A DNA stretch of 54,916 nt from Flavobacteriales bacterium (lineage in GTDB: Bacteria; Bacteroidota; Bacteroidia; Palsa-965), in contig JBEIPA010000034.1 in NCBI GenBank assembly GCA_040377305.1, positions 1 to 54,916 of the forward strand, in the 5' to 3' direction. Positions 28,349 to 37,517 of the stretch are shown here, piece after piece. The stretch's first letter is position 1. Each line of letters opens with the position of its first letter. The notes beneath the pieces were generated by a model. The model had not been told where the DNA came from and ran no database searches. It was given only the letters and a program-made list of their open reading frames with translations. The translations under genes were made by a program, and so were the position numbers.

Positions 28349-29144
28349 ATTCTCTCAACGCATTATTGAGTGAAGTTTTCAGGTCTGTACTTTCCTTTCG
28401 CTGACCGATGATTAACGCACATGGTACATTGTAATCGCCTGCAGCAAATTTCTTAGAATAGCTTCCGGGAATGACAACCGAACGTGGAGGAACGTACCCT
28501 TTGTACTCGACAGGAGTTGCACCCGTGACATCGATGATTTTCGTAGAGCCGGTTAACACCACATTCGCACCGAGGACGGCTTCTTTCGCAACGTGAACAC
28601 CTTCTACAACAATGCAACGTGAACCGATGAAACAACCGTCTTCGATAATAACCGGAGCAGCCTGAACGGGTTCAAGTACACCACCGATTCCGACTCCACC
28701 ACTGAGGTGAACGTCTTTACCGATTTGCGCACACGATCCAACCGTTGCCCACGTATCAACCATGGTTCCGGAATCAACGTACGCACCAATGTTTACGTAG
28801 CTTGGCATCATGATCACACCTTTCGCAAGAAACGCGCCATAGCGTGCCACTGCGTGAGGTACAACACGAACTCCAAGTGCTGCATACCCTTTCTTCAGCG
28901 CCATCTTATCGTGAAACTCCATCGGGCCCACTTCTATTGTTTCCATCTGGCGAATCGGGAAATACATGATCACGGCTTTCTTCACCCAATCGTTTACTTT
29001 CCATTTGCCTGTGTCGCCATCCGGTTCTGCAGTGCGCAGTTTTCCTTTATCGAGAAGCTCAATTACTTCTTCTATGACTTTCTTTACTTCTGGCTTTTGG
29101 AGCAGCGTGCGGTCGTTCCAGGCTTGTTCGATGATGTCTTGCAT
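28332..29144 (-). CDS. dapD: Tetrahydrodipicolinate N-succinyltransferase
   Basis: WVKKAV, MPSYVNIGAYVD, VDTWATVGSCAQIG, GGVLEP; start trimmed to ATG 29144. Confidence 0.96.
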   Translation of the reverse strand: MQDIIEQAWNDRTLLQKPEVKKVIEEVIELLDKGKLRTAEPDGDTGKWKVNDWVKKAVIMYFPIRQMETIEVGPMEFHDKMALKKGYAALGVRVVPHAVARYGAFLAKGVIMMPSYVNIGAYVDSGTMVDTWATVGSCAQIGKDVHLSGGVGIGGVLEPVQAAPVIIEDGCFIGSRCIVVEGVHVAKEAVLGANVVLTGSTKIIDVTGATPVEYKGYVPPRSVVIPGSYSKKFAAGDYNVPCALIIGQRKESTDLKTSLNNALREYDVAV

Positions 29145-29229
29145 AATGAGAAAATATACGGCGAAGTTAATCGGAAACGGGATAATGTGAGCGCGACACC
29201 TATGGTGAAGCGCGGTCTTTAAAAAGGGT

Positions 29230-29432
29230 GAGGGTGCTGCCTTTGGCAACACATGTTTTGTCCCTACAGGACAAGTTGTGACATCGGGATTTACGCCGTG
29301 AAATTATTTCCGGAGTGATTTTACGGAAGTCAGAAACGGCCATCTCGTCTCACTTTCCCGTGCATCACAATTTACGTTCTCACAATGGCCTCCAATAGAG
29401 GCCAAACATGTGTTGCCAAAGGCAGCACCCTC
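29230..29432. mobile_element. MITE/REPIN-like element with perfect 29-bp terminal inverted repeats
   Basis: gagggtgctgcctttggcaacacatgttt (29230-29258) and its exact reverse complement (29404-29432), each with an internal small hairpin. Confidence 0.7.
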
Positions 29433-29488
29433 TACCCCCCTTTTTCCTTCGACGCCGAAGGCGTCGAACATCACCCTATCTTTGGCGC

Positions 29489-29899
29489 ATGGCAAGAATC
29501 CTCGCAGTCGATTACGGAACCAAACGCTGCGGCATTGCTGTAACCGACTCAATGCAGATCATTGCCACAGGCTTAACCACCGTTCACAGCAAAGACATCA
29601 TCGACTTCCTGAAGAAATACATGGAGAAGGAATCCGTGGAGTGCATTGTAGTTGGCGAACCGAAAGATCTCCGTGGCGGACGCACCGATGCCAGCGAACA
29701 TGCGGATGGATTCGTGACCTCACTCAAACGCAACTTCCCCGGAATGAAAATCGCACGAGTCGATGAGCGATTCACTTCGAAGATGGCGACCAAAACTATT
29801 CTCGACTCGGGCATGAAGAAAAAAGATCGTCAGAATAAGGAGCTGGTTGATGAAGTATCCGCAACGATACTGCTGCAGCATTTTATGGGAATGGTTTAG
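29489..29899 (+). CDS. ruvX: YqgF/RuvX pre-16S rRNA nuclease
   Basis: ILAVDYGTKRCGIAVTD, VDERFTS, VDEVSATILLQ; start trimmed to ATG 29489. Confidence 0.94.
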   Translation: MARILAVDYGTKRCGIAVTDSMQIIATGLTTVHSKDIIDFLKKYMEKESVECIVVGEPKDLRGGRTDASEHADGFVTSLKRNFPGMKIARVDERFTSKMATKTILDSGMKKKDRQNKELVDEVSATILLQHFMGMV

Positions 29900-29954
29900 C
29901 TTTTCCGGGTTCTCTCCTATGGAGAGTTAGAGAGACGCGGAAAAGCTAAACCAT
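29891..29954. repeat. Inverted repeat (17-bp perfect arms) overlapping the ruvX stop
   Basis: atggtttagcttttccg ... cggaaaagctaaaccat, with inner ctctcc-tat-ggagag. Confidence 0.75.
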
Positions 29955-30025
29955 CCACACAGGTAGCTGCAAATTTTTTCTTCGACTGCCTCCTTCACTA
30001 CTGCCAAACTGCCTACTTTTGCCCC

Positions 30026-30601
30026 ATGATTCTTCCAATTGTAGCTTTTGGCGACCCCGTACTCAAGAAAGTAGCGGTTGATATTGACCCCAGCTATCCC
30101 GACTTACAAGAGCTGATTGCAAATATGTTCGACACCATGAGCAACGCAAAAGGTGTTGGTCTGGCTGCACCACAAATCGGTAAGTCAATACGTTTGTTCG
30201 TTGTAGATGCTACTCCATTCAGTGTTGATGCCGAGAATGACGAAGAAGCGGCACTCGCTGGTTTCCGCCGCGTCATTATAAACGCAAAAATCACCGACGA
30301 GAACGGAAAAGAATGGGCTTTCAACGAAGGTTGTCTGAGTATTCCCAAAATCCGCGAAGACGTGATGCGTAAGCCGAATGTGACGATCGAGTACGTCGAC
30401 GAAAATTTCAAACCAAAGAAAGAAAAATTCAAAGGTCTTGCTGCGCGAATTATCCAGCACGAATACGATCACATCGAAGGAAAATTATTCACAGACCGCA
30501 TCAGTGCACTGAGAAAACGTTTGCTGCTGACTAAGCTCAACAATATTTCAAAAGGTCGCGTGGAAGTTGATTATAGAATGCGTTTCCCAAATAAAAAATG
30601 A
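30026..30601 (+). CDS. def: Peptide deformylase
   Basis: GVGLAAPQIG, EGCLS, QHEYDH. Confidence 0.97.
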   Translation: MILPIVAFGDPVLKKVAVDIDPSYPDLQELIANMFDTMSNAKGVGLAAPQIGKSIRLFVVDATPFSVDAENDEEAALAGFRRVIINAKITDENGKEWAFNEGCLSIPKIREDVMRKPNVTIEYVDENFKPKKEKFKGLAARIIQHEYDHIEGKLFTDRISALRKRLLLTKLNNISKGRVEVDYRMRFPNKK

Positions 30602-31167
30602 TGAATAAGCTCCTACTATTCTTAAGCACGATTACAATCGCAGGTTTGATTTCTTGTGGTGGTGGTGAAACAACCGGCAAAGTCGACACGCAAGCTGTGA
30701 TGGCTGCGAAAATTGATTCGCTCTATGTAAAAATGGGACAAAGTCAGCAGTATGACCAGGCGGAAGCGATGAATGCTATGCGGATGTACGTGGAATATTC
30801 TACAAAGTATCCGACAGATTCATTGACACCTGAGTTTCTTTTCCGCGCATCAGACATTGCTCAAGGATCCGGAAATTACCAGCAGGCAGCAGAATTTCTC
30901 GAAACCATTCTGGAGAAACACACGATGTACACGAAGTATCCGGATGTATTATTTTCTGCGGCGTTGGTTTACGATAACTATCTTGAAAACGTCAACCACG
31001 GCGATGATCGTGCGATTCAATTGTACGATGTAATCATTTCGAAATATCCGGAGTCAAACTACGCGGAACAATCAAAGGTGCTCAAGACGTATGTTGGAAA
31101 ACCGGATAGCGTTTTCTATAATGATATTCGTCGCAAGGCTGACTCAATCGAGGCTCAGAAAAAGTAA
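30598..31167 (+). CDS. TPR-containing lipoprotein
   Basis: LISC lipobox; YPTDSLTPEFLF, A..LY..II.KYPES TPR-like motifs. Confidence 0.8.
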   Translation: MMNKLLLFLSTITIAGLISCGGGETTGKVDTQAVMAAKIDSLYVKMGQSQQYDQAEAMNAMRMYVEYSTKYPTDSLTPEFLFRASDIAQGSGNYQQAAEFLETILEKHTMYTKYPDVLFSAALVYDNYLENVNHGDDRAIQLYDVIISKYPESNYAEQSKVLKTYVGKPDSVFYNDIRRKADSIEAQKK

Positions 31168-31353
31168 CGCGGATTTTGATATCCTAAACTTGTTAGGCGT
31201 TCTCTCGGATGTCTGCGGTAAATTGAATATTACGTAATCGGATTTTATGAGATAAGCCCAAACGTATCTCATAAAATCAAATAACTACTTTTCATAGTCA
31301 GTAGGCTAATCCGAAGGTAGAAGTAGAAAACAACGGACATAAAAATCCGCGTT
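31166..31353. repeat. 188-bp rod-like palindromic element, copy 1
   Basis: Ends aacgcggatttt / aaaatccgcgtt; central stem gattttatgagata / tatctcataaaatc. Confidence 0.85.
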
Positions 31354-31380
31354 CTCAATTAAGTGAGGGGTAGAAAAAGT

Positions 31381-31568
31381 AACGCGGATTATGATATTCT
31401 AAACTTGTTAGACGTTCCCTCGGATGTCTGCGGTAACTTGAATATTTCGTAATCAGATTTTATGAGATAAACTCAAGCCTCTCTCATAAAATCAAATAAC
31501 CGCTTTTCGTGTTCAGTAGAATGATCCGGGCGAAGGAATAGAAAACAACGGACATAAAAATCCGCGTT
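31381..31568. repeat. 188-bp rod-like palindromic element, copy 2
   Basis: Diverged direct repeat of 31166-31353, period 215 bp, with stems conserved. Confidence 0.85.
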
Positions 31569-31572
31569 CCAA

Positions 31573-32370
31573 TTACGCTTCCGTCAAATGCTTTTCGAGA
31601 TAAGCCTTCAACTCTTCCGCTGATAAATTCGCCTGCATCTCCCCGTCTTTCGCCACTGCAATTTCCCCGGTTTGTTCCGAGACAATAATCGCGAGGCAAT
31701 CTGCATTTTCTGTTACGCCTACAGCCGCGCGGTGACGCATACCCAAGTGCGCCGGGAAGTCCGTATTCTCTGTAACAGGAAGTACACAACGTGCTGCACG
31801 GATTGTATTATTGGATATAATCACAGCACCATCGTGCAACGGACTGTTCTTATAGAAAATACTTTCGAGCATGCGTACCGAAACTTTCGCATCGATAGGA
31901 TCACCAGTGTTCGTGTAGAATTTCAGATCGTTGTTGCGGGTGATGACGATGATCGCTCCCGTATTTGTATCGGCCATGTTCTTGCATGAACGAACAACTG
32001 CAGCAATATCCAGGGAAGTATGCTTACTCTCTCCTCCCCAATTGAAAAGCGCTTTCGTAAATCGTTGTCCGCCCACCACATTGTAGCTGCCGACAAACAA
32101 GAAGAAACGTCGCAACTCCTGCTGAAACACGATCAGCAGTGCAATTACACCTACATCAATGAACTTCTCGAGAATGCTGGAGAACAAATCCATCTCCGCA
32201 ACGCGAACAAGGCGGTAAAAAAGATAAACAAACGCCACCCCGATGAAAATGTTGAGTGCCGCAGTTCCTTTCACCAGGCGATAAAGCTGGTACATAAGGA
32301 CCGCGACCAGAACGATGTCCAGAGCATCTTTCCACTGAAATTGCAAGAATAAAACGACTAAGGAATGCAT
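31573..32370 (-). CDS. cdaA: Diadenylate cyclase CdaA/DacA
   Basis: 3 N-terminal TM helices, IVFQQELRR, SPLHDGAVI, GMRHRAA, IVSEQTG; start trimmed to ATG 32370. Confidence 0.93.
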   Translation of the reverse strand: MHSLVVLFLQFQWKDALDIVLVAVLMYQLYRLVKGTAALNIFIGVAFVYLFYRLVRVAEMDLFSSILEKFIDVGVIALLIVFQQELRRFFLFVGSYNVVGGQRFTKALFNWGGESKHTSLDIAAVVRSCKNMADTNTGAIIVITRNNDLKFYTNTGDPIDAKVSVRMLESIFYKNSPLHDGAVIISNNTIRAARCVLPVTENTDFPAHLGMRHRAAVGVTENADCLAIIVSEQTGEIAVAKDGEMQANLSAEELKAYLEKHLTEA

Positions 32371-32414
32371 TGCCGTAAAAATACACATACCGTGTGAATG
32401 TGCCACGTGTCAAT

Positions 32415-32565
32415 ATTCAACCCCTTCAGGGTTGTTCTACATTGAACTTTTTCTTTCTACCGAAATTGAATCCCTTCAGGATTCCTGTGCACGAAGAACT
32501 CCGGAGGAGTTCAATTTCGGTAGAAAGAAAAAACGTGTGGTGACCCGACCCTGAAGGGGTCGAAT
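32415..32565. mobile_element. Composite REPIN/BIME-like element (four small hairpins within nested inverted repeats)
   Basis: Outer arms 32415-32434 / 32546-32565; perfect 23-bp inner arms 32448-32470 / 32510-32532. Confidence 0.75.
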
Positions 32566-32568
32566 TTT

Positions 32569-33408
32569 TCATTGGCACATCTGGTGGATCCGGATACATT
32601 CCACTGCTTCCTTGACATCATGCACCCTGAGTATTGTTGCCCCACGGTCAAGCGCAATCATGTGTACAGCCGTGGTTCCGTTCAGTGCGTCATCTTTCGT
32701 CACATCAAGTAGTCGCGTGATCATGGATTTTCTCGAAACACCTACGAGCAATGGCTTTTCGAATCGGGAAAAAGTCTCGAGATGTTTCAGTAACTGATAG
32801 TTGTGATGCACTTCTTTCCCGAAACCAAATCCGGGATCAAGAATTACGTTTTCTACACCCGCATTGTGAAGCGCTCTGGTTTTCTCAGCGAAGAAAGTTG
32901 TAAGCTCTTTCACCACATCATCGTATTGCGGACTCTTCTGCATCGTCTCGGGCGTTCCCTGCATGTGCATGCACACGTAAGCAAGCGAGTGTTTCGCAAT
33001 GGTCGTGTACATTTTCGGATCGAGATTACCTCCCGAAATATCGTTGATGATATTTGCTCCACGGTCTGCAGCACGCTGAGCAATTTCACTTCTGTAAGTG
33101 TCAATTGAAACGAGTATAGACGGAAACGCACCGCGAATTTCTTCGAGAACCGGTCTCAGTCTCTCCCACTCTTCTTCGACTGTAGGTTGCGCTGCTCCCG
33201 GGCGAGTCGAAACTGCACCGAGATCCAGAATCGTTGCGCCTTGTTCCAGCATTTGCTCGGCACGCATCATGGCCTCCTGTGGAACCTGATACTTGCCACC
33301 GTCATAAAATGAATCCGGAGTAACGTTGAGAATTCCCATAACAACCGGAGTCGATATGTCGAGTTCCAGGTAGCCGCATTGCAAATGAAAGTGCTTATCT
33401 TGTGCCAT
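32569..33408 (-). CDS. folP: Dihydropteroate synthase
   Basis: VMGILNVTPDSFYDGG, STRPGA, SIDT, DPGFGFGK, SRKS, LRVHDV. Confidence 0.97.
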   Translation of the reverse strand: MAQDKHFHLQCGYLELDISTPVVMGILNVTPDSFYDGGKYQVPQEAMMRAEQMLEQGATILDLGAVSTRPGAAQPTVEEEWERLRPVLEEIRGAFPSILVSIDTYRSEIAQRAADRGANIINDISGGNLDPKMYTTIAKHSLAYVCMHMQGTPETMQKSPQYDDVVKELTTFFAEKTRALHNAGVENVILDPGFGFGKEVHHNYQLLKHLETFSRFEKPLLVGVSRKSMITRLLDVTKDDALNGTTAVHMIALDRGATILRVHDVKEAVECIRIHQMCQ

Positions 33409-33418
33409 TCAAAAATGT

Positions 33419-33958
33419 ATGAGCAATACCTCCGCTGAATACGACGCAAGTATAGCCATCTGCAGGGATATCTTTTCGAGAAAACTGCAGGATTACGGCA
33501 CATCATGGCGTCTCTTTCGCATCTCCAGTATAACCGACCAGGTTTTCATCAAGGCGCAACGCGTCCGTACACTCGAGTCGAAAGGCGTGAGCAAAGTGGG
33601 CGATGGTATCCGCGGGGAATATCTCGGTATCGTCAACTATTCCATCATCGCACTCGTGCAACTCGAACTCAAAGGCGACAAACGCATTGAACTTCCGTTG
33701 GATGAATGCATGGGCCTTTACGACAAGTATGCCAAAGCAGCAAAGTCGCTGATGGAAGACAAAAATCACGACTACGGCGAAGCCTGGAGAGATATGCGGG
33801 TTAGTAGCCTCACCGACATGATTTTGGTCAAATTATTGCGGATAAAGCAGATAGAAGACAACGAAGGGCAAACGGTGGCTTCGGAGGGTATCGATGCTAA
33901 CTACTTCGATATCATCAATTACGCTATCTTTGCTTTAATACGCACTTCTGGCAAATAA
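33419..33958 (+). CDS. DUF1599 (nucleotide-modification associated) protein
   Basis: K..DYG..WR duplicated (KLQDYGTSWR, KNHDYGEAWR), D..NY; usual neighbour of folP and DoxX in Bacteroidota. Confidence 0.85.
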   Translation: MSNTSAEYDASIAICRDIFSRKLQDYGTSWRLFRISSITDQVFIKAQRVRTLESKGVSKVGDGIRGEYLGIVNYSIIALVQLELKGDKRIELPLDECMGLYDKYAKAAKSLMEDKNHDYGEAWRDMRVSSLTDMILVKLLRIKQIEDNEGQTVASEGIDANYFDIINYAIFALIRTSGK

Positions 33959-33962
33959 CCTT

Positions 33963-35546
33963 ATGAATTTCCTTAAAAGCCGCGTTTTTCGCCTGATTCT
34001 ATCATTAGGCGCTGCTGCACTTTTGTTCGCGATCTGGCCTCCATGCTTTTCCAGGATGACACTCCTGTGGGTAATGGCGCTGCTATTGATCATCATTAAC
34101 CTCGACCAGTACATCGCCAAGGTTAAGATCCTGACTCATCTTACACGGATTGCAGTTGGCGGACTATTCATCTTCTCCGGTTTCATTAAAGCAAATGATC
34201 CTGCTGGGTTCAGTTACAAACTCAACGAATATTTTGAAGTTTTTGGGCAAGGATTCAGTTGCGAGATGAAAGTTGCTGCTGACGGAACTGCGGGCTGTCC
34301 CTGCACTCCGGAACCAAAAGCAATAGAAGTAACGGTTGGTGATTACCATGTAGTCGTTCCAGCCGATGCTTATGTTGATATCAATGGCGACAGTATTATT
34401 GACGCATCCGATTCTTCATCGGTGTACAACAAATATGACGAGAAAGCTTATCAGGATGCATACGCAGCTGCTGTTGCGGCGGCGACTCCGAAAGTGGAAG
34501 TGCACGAGAGTTCACTCAAGCCCATGTGGGAATTCTTCGCAGAGCATTCATTGCTTCTCGCCATTCTCATTTGCGGTGTTGAAATCGTTCTCGGTATTTT
34601 CCTTTTGATCGGATGGCAAGTACGACTTTCCTTGTGGCTCTTCTTAGGAATGATCGTCTTTTTCAGCTTCCTTACATTCTACAGCGCTTGCTGTAATAAA
34701 GTAACCAGCTGCGGATGTTTCGGTGATGCAATTCCGCTTACACCTTGGGAGTCATTCTGGAAAGATCTGATTCTGCTCATCCTCATCGCAGTTCTCTTCG
34801 CCGGAAAAGACAATATCAGGAAGATTTCTTCCAACAGCATTTTGATGGCTACACTTATTGGAATCGGAACATTCCTTTCGTTTGCGTTGCCGGTTTACAC
34901 GTATCGTCACTTGCCATTGATCGACTTCCGTCCGTATGCAATTGGAACGAACATATACGATGCAACACACTACAAAGACCCAGTGACAACAGGTTGTGTT
35001 TCTGATTCTGTTGTATACGAGTTCTACATGTTCCAGAATCCGGCAGACAGTGCAGCAGGAAAATTCACAGCATTCTCGATCGATAATTATCCGGACAGCA
35101 CGTGGTCTTACTATTGCCGCTTCGATAGGAAAGTGCGCGTAGGAAATTGTGCCGCAACCATTCTCGATTTCAACTTGAGCGACCCAACGTCAGGCGGAAA
35201 CATGAACGATTCTATCTTGCTCATGAAGGGCGTTCAGTTCTTCATCGTGATGTACGATATCGAAAAAGCGGAAACAGACGCGATGGCTGAAGTGAATACA
35301 TTTTACGACAACGCATCTGCGGCAAACACTCCGGTGAATGCACTCGTGAATGTTGGTCCGGACAAAATTGAATTATTCAAAACACAAACAGGTGCGAAGT
35401 ATCCGTTCCTCATGGTCGATCAAACTGCGTTGAAGACGGTGATCCGTTCGAATCCGGGGCTTGTCATGTTACGCGACGGAGTTGTTGTCGGCATGTGGCA
35501 CTACAACGATTGGCCGACGTACGCAGAAGCAATGGAAACAAAGTAG
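33963..35546 (+). CDS. DoxX/MauE-like membrane protein (BT_3928 type) with C-terminal thioredoxin-like region
   Basis: FIFSGFIKANDP, CGCFGDAIPLTPWESFWKD, DFRPYAIG, LKTVIRSNPG. Confidence 0.85.
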   Translation: MNFLKSRVFRLILSLGAAALLFAIWPPCFSRMTLLWVMALLLIIINLDQYIAKVKILTHLTRIAVGGLFIFSGFIKANDPAGFSYKLNEYFEVFGQGFSCEMKVAADGTAGCPCTPEPKAIEVTVGDYHVVVPADAYVDINGDSIIDASDSSSVYNKYDEKAYQDAYAAAVAAATPKVEVHESSLKPMWEFFAEHSLLLAILICGVEIVLGIFLLIGWQVRLSLWLFLGMIVFFSFLTFYSACCNKVTSCGCFGDAIPLTPWESFWKDLILLILIAVLFAGKDNIRKISSNSILMATLIGIGTFLSFALPVYTYRHLPLIDFRPYAIGTNIYDATHYKDPVTTGCVSDSVVYEFYMFQNPADSAAGKFTAFSIDNYPDSTWSYYCRFDRKVRVGNCAATILDFNLSDPTSGGNMNDSILLMKGVQFFIVMYDIEKAETDAMAEVNTFYDNASAANTPVNALVNVGPDKIELFKTQTGAKYPFLMVDQTALKTVIRSNPGLVMLRDGVVVGMWHYNDWPTYAEAMETK

Positions 35547-35579
35547 TAGGCATAAAGTCATTAAGTAGTTAAGTCTGGA

Positions 35580-36662
35580 ATGGGAAAATTTATTCTGAAG
35601 CGCGTACTGTATGGTTTCCTCGTCCTATTTGGCGTGGTGACAGTTGTGTTTTTCCTGTTCAACGTTTTGCCGGGCGATCCAATTCGTATGCGAATGGGCC
35701 AGCACACGGATCAGAAATCTATCGACGTGATCAAAGCCGATCTTGGCCTCGATCAGCCTTTGCATGTGCAGTACACGATGTTCCTGAACGATTTGTCGTT
35801 CGTTTCATTCCACGATGCTGATTCGCCAGATAGTCGTTACTACCTCGATCCGAAAAAGTATGGAGATCCAGCGCGACTACTCGAATACGGTGATGGAAAA
35901 GTAGTTGTATGGAAAACACCATACCTGCGACGGTCTTACATCAACCAGCGACCTGTGTGGGATTTGGTGAGTTCGACACTGCCTGAAACGGTTGTGCTCG
36001 CAATCACCGCAATCATATTCGCATCCATACTTGGAATTATTCTCGGAATTCTCACGGCCGTTTACAAGAACTCCTGGCTCGATCGCATCGTCAGCGTCTT
36101 CTCTACTTTGGGAATGGCGGTTCCGTCCTTCTTCTCGGCTTTGATCATTGCGTGGCTGTTCGGTTATCTCTGGCGCGATGTCACGGGATTAAAAAACATC
36201 GGCAGTTTGTATACCACAGATGTTTACACCGGCAATGAGTATCTCGACATCAAGAACCTGATTCTACCCGCGTTCACACTCGGAATTCGTCCTTTAGCGT
36301 TGATCATTCAATTAACGCGCAGCTCCATGTTAGAAGTAATGACGCTCGATTATGTCCGAACAGCGAAAGCAAAAGGACTTCACAGCTTCCGCGTTATCGC
36401 AAAACACGAATTGAAGAATGCACTCAACCCTGTAATCACTGCAATCTCCGGCTGGTTCGCAGGATTGCTCGCCGGAGCTGCATTCGTTGAAGCCGTGTTC
36501 GACTGGAAAGGAATCGGAGGCGCTGTTGTAGACGCACTCCAGAATTACGATTTGCCTGTAGTAATGGGCAGTACACTTGTATTCGCAACATGTTTCGTTG
36601 TGATCAACATCATTGTAGACGTCGTGTACGGACTTCTCGATCCACGCGTACGACTCGCATAA
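35580..36662 (+). CDS. Peptide/nickel ABC transporter permease (OppB/DppB family)
   Basis: LPGDP, LGLDQPL, RSSMLEV..DYVRTAKAKG, LDPRVR. Confidence 0.92.
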   Translation: MGKFILKRVLYGFLVLFGVVTVVFFLFNVLPGDPIRMRMGQHTDQKSIDVIKADLGLDQPLHVQYTMFLNDLSFVSFHDADSPDSRYYLDPKKYGDPARLLEYGDGKVVVWKTPYLRRSYINQRPVWDLVSSTLPETVVLAITAIIFASILGIILGILTAVYKNSWLDRIVSVFSTLGMAVPSFFSALIIAWLFGYLWRDVTGLKNIGSLYTTDVYTGNEYLDIKNLILPAFTLGIRPLALIIQLTRSSMLEVMTLDYVRTAKAKGLHSFRVIAKHELKNALNPVITAISGWFAGLLAGAAFVEAVFDWKGIGGAVVDALQNYDLPVVMGSTLVFATCFVVINIIVDVVYGLLDPRVRLA

Positions 36663-36672
36663 CTATTCTCCC

Positions 36673-37452
36673 ATGCGTAAGAAAATTATTGCCGGTAACT
36701 GGAAAATGAACAAGTCAGCGAACGACGCGGCTGCATTGGCGCAAGAGTTCGCAGTACAGATTCGCATGAATCCGCATGAGAAAGTCGACACAATCATCGC
36801 TCCTGCGTTTCCATTTCTTGCGCAGTGCGCACGCAACATCAACGGAGTTCATGGATTATTTGTCGCTGCACAGAATTGTAATGCCGCGCCTGAAGGAGCA
36901 TTCACCGGTGAAGTTTCCATTCCCATGTTGCAGTCGTGCGGAATTACTCACGTGATTATCGGACACTCAGAACGTCGCGCCTACTACGGCGAAACAGATG
37001 CGAGTGTCAATGAAAAGCTACACGCAATTCTGAGTGCTGGCCTCACTCCTATTCTTTGCTGCGGCGAAACACTGACAGAAAGAAATAATCACGAACAAGC
37101 ACTTGTCATCTCGCGACAGATTGAATCTACGTTGCACACGTTGAGCAACGAGCAAGTGAAGAAAACGATTGTTGCTTACGAACCGGTGTGGGCCATCGGA
37201 ACGGGATTGACTGCAACACCGGAGCAAGCTCAAGAGATGCATGCGCTGATTCGTAATCTCATTGCAAACCGATACGGACATGTTGTTGCGGAATACGTTT
37301 CCATTCTTTACGGCGGAAGTTGCAATCCTTCTAACGCTTCAGGCTTGTTTGCGTGCAATGATGTTGACGGTGGATTAATTGGTGGCGCTTCTCTGAAAGC
37401 TTCCGACTTTATAGCAATCCGAAACGCAATGATCGAACATATCAATGGATAA
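36673..37452 (+). CDS. tpiA: Triosephosphate isomerase
   Basis: AGNWKMN, GAFTGEVS, GHSERR, AYEPVWAIGTG, YGGS, GGASL. Confidence 0.98.
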   Translation: MRKKIIAGNWKMNKSANDAAALAQEFAVQIRMNPHEKVDTIIAPAFPFLAQCARNINGVHGLFVAAQNCNAAPEGAFTGEVSIPMLQSCGITHVIIGHSERRAYYGETDASVNEKLHAILSAGLTPILCCGETLTERNNHEQALVISRQIESTLHTLSNEQVKKTIVAYEPVWAIGTGLTATPEQAQEMHALIRNLIANRYGHVVAEYVSILYGGSCNPSNASGLFACNDVDGGLIGGASLKASDFIAIRNAMIEHING

Positions 37453-37517
37453 CATAGTCATGGCGAGTTCGTCTAACCATGGCATGAGATATGCAATAAC
37501 CTACTAAATTCAATTTC

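Noticed and set aside
29145-29488. N-terminal extensions of dapD and ruvX, and ORFs 29304-29552 and 29410-29766
   Set aside because: They arise from the 29-bp inverted repeats (both strands give MLPKAAPS); conserved domains begin at 29144 and 29489.
31160-31575. Integron attC sites (AAC...GTT ends next to stop codons)
   Set aside because: 188 bp is longer than typical attC sites, the flanks do not match RYYYAAC/GTTRRRY, no ORF lies between the copies and there is no integrase.
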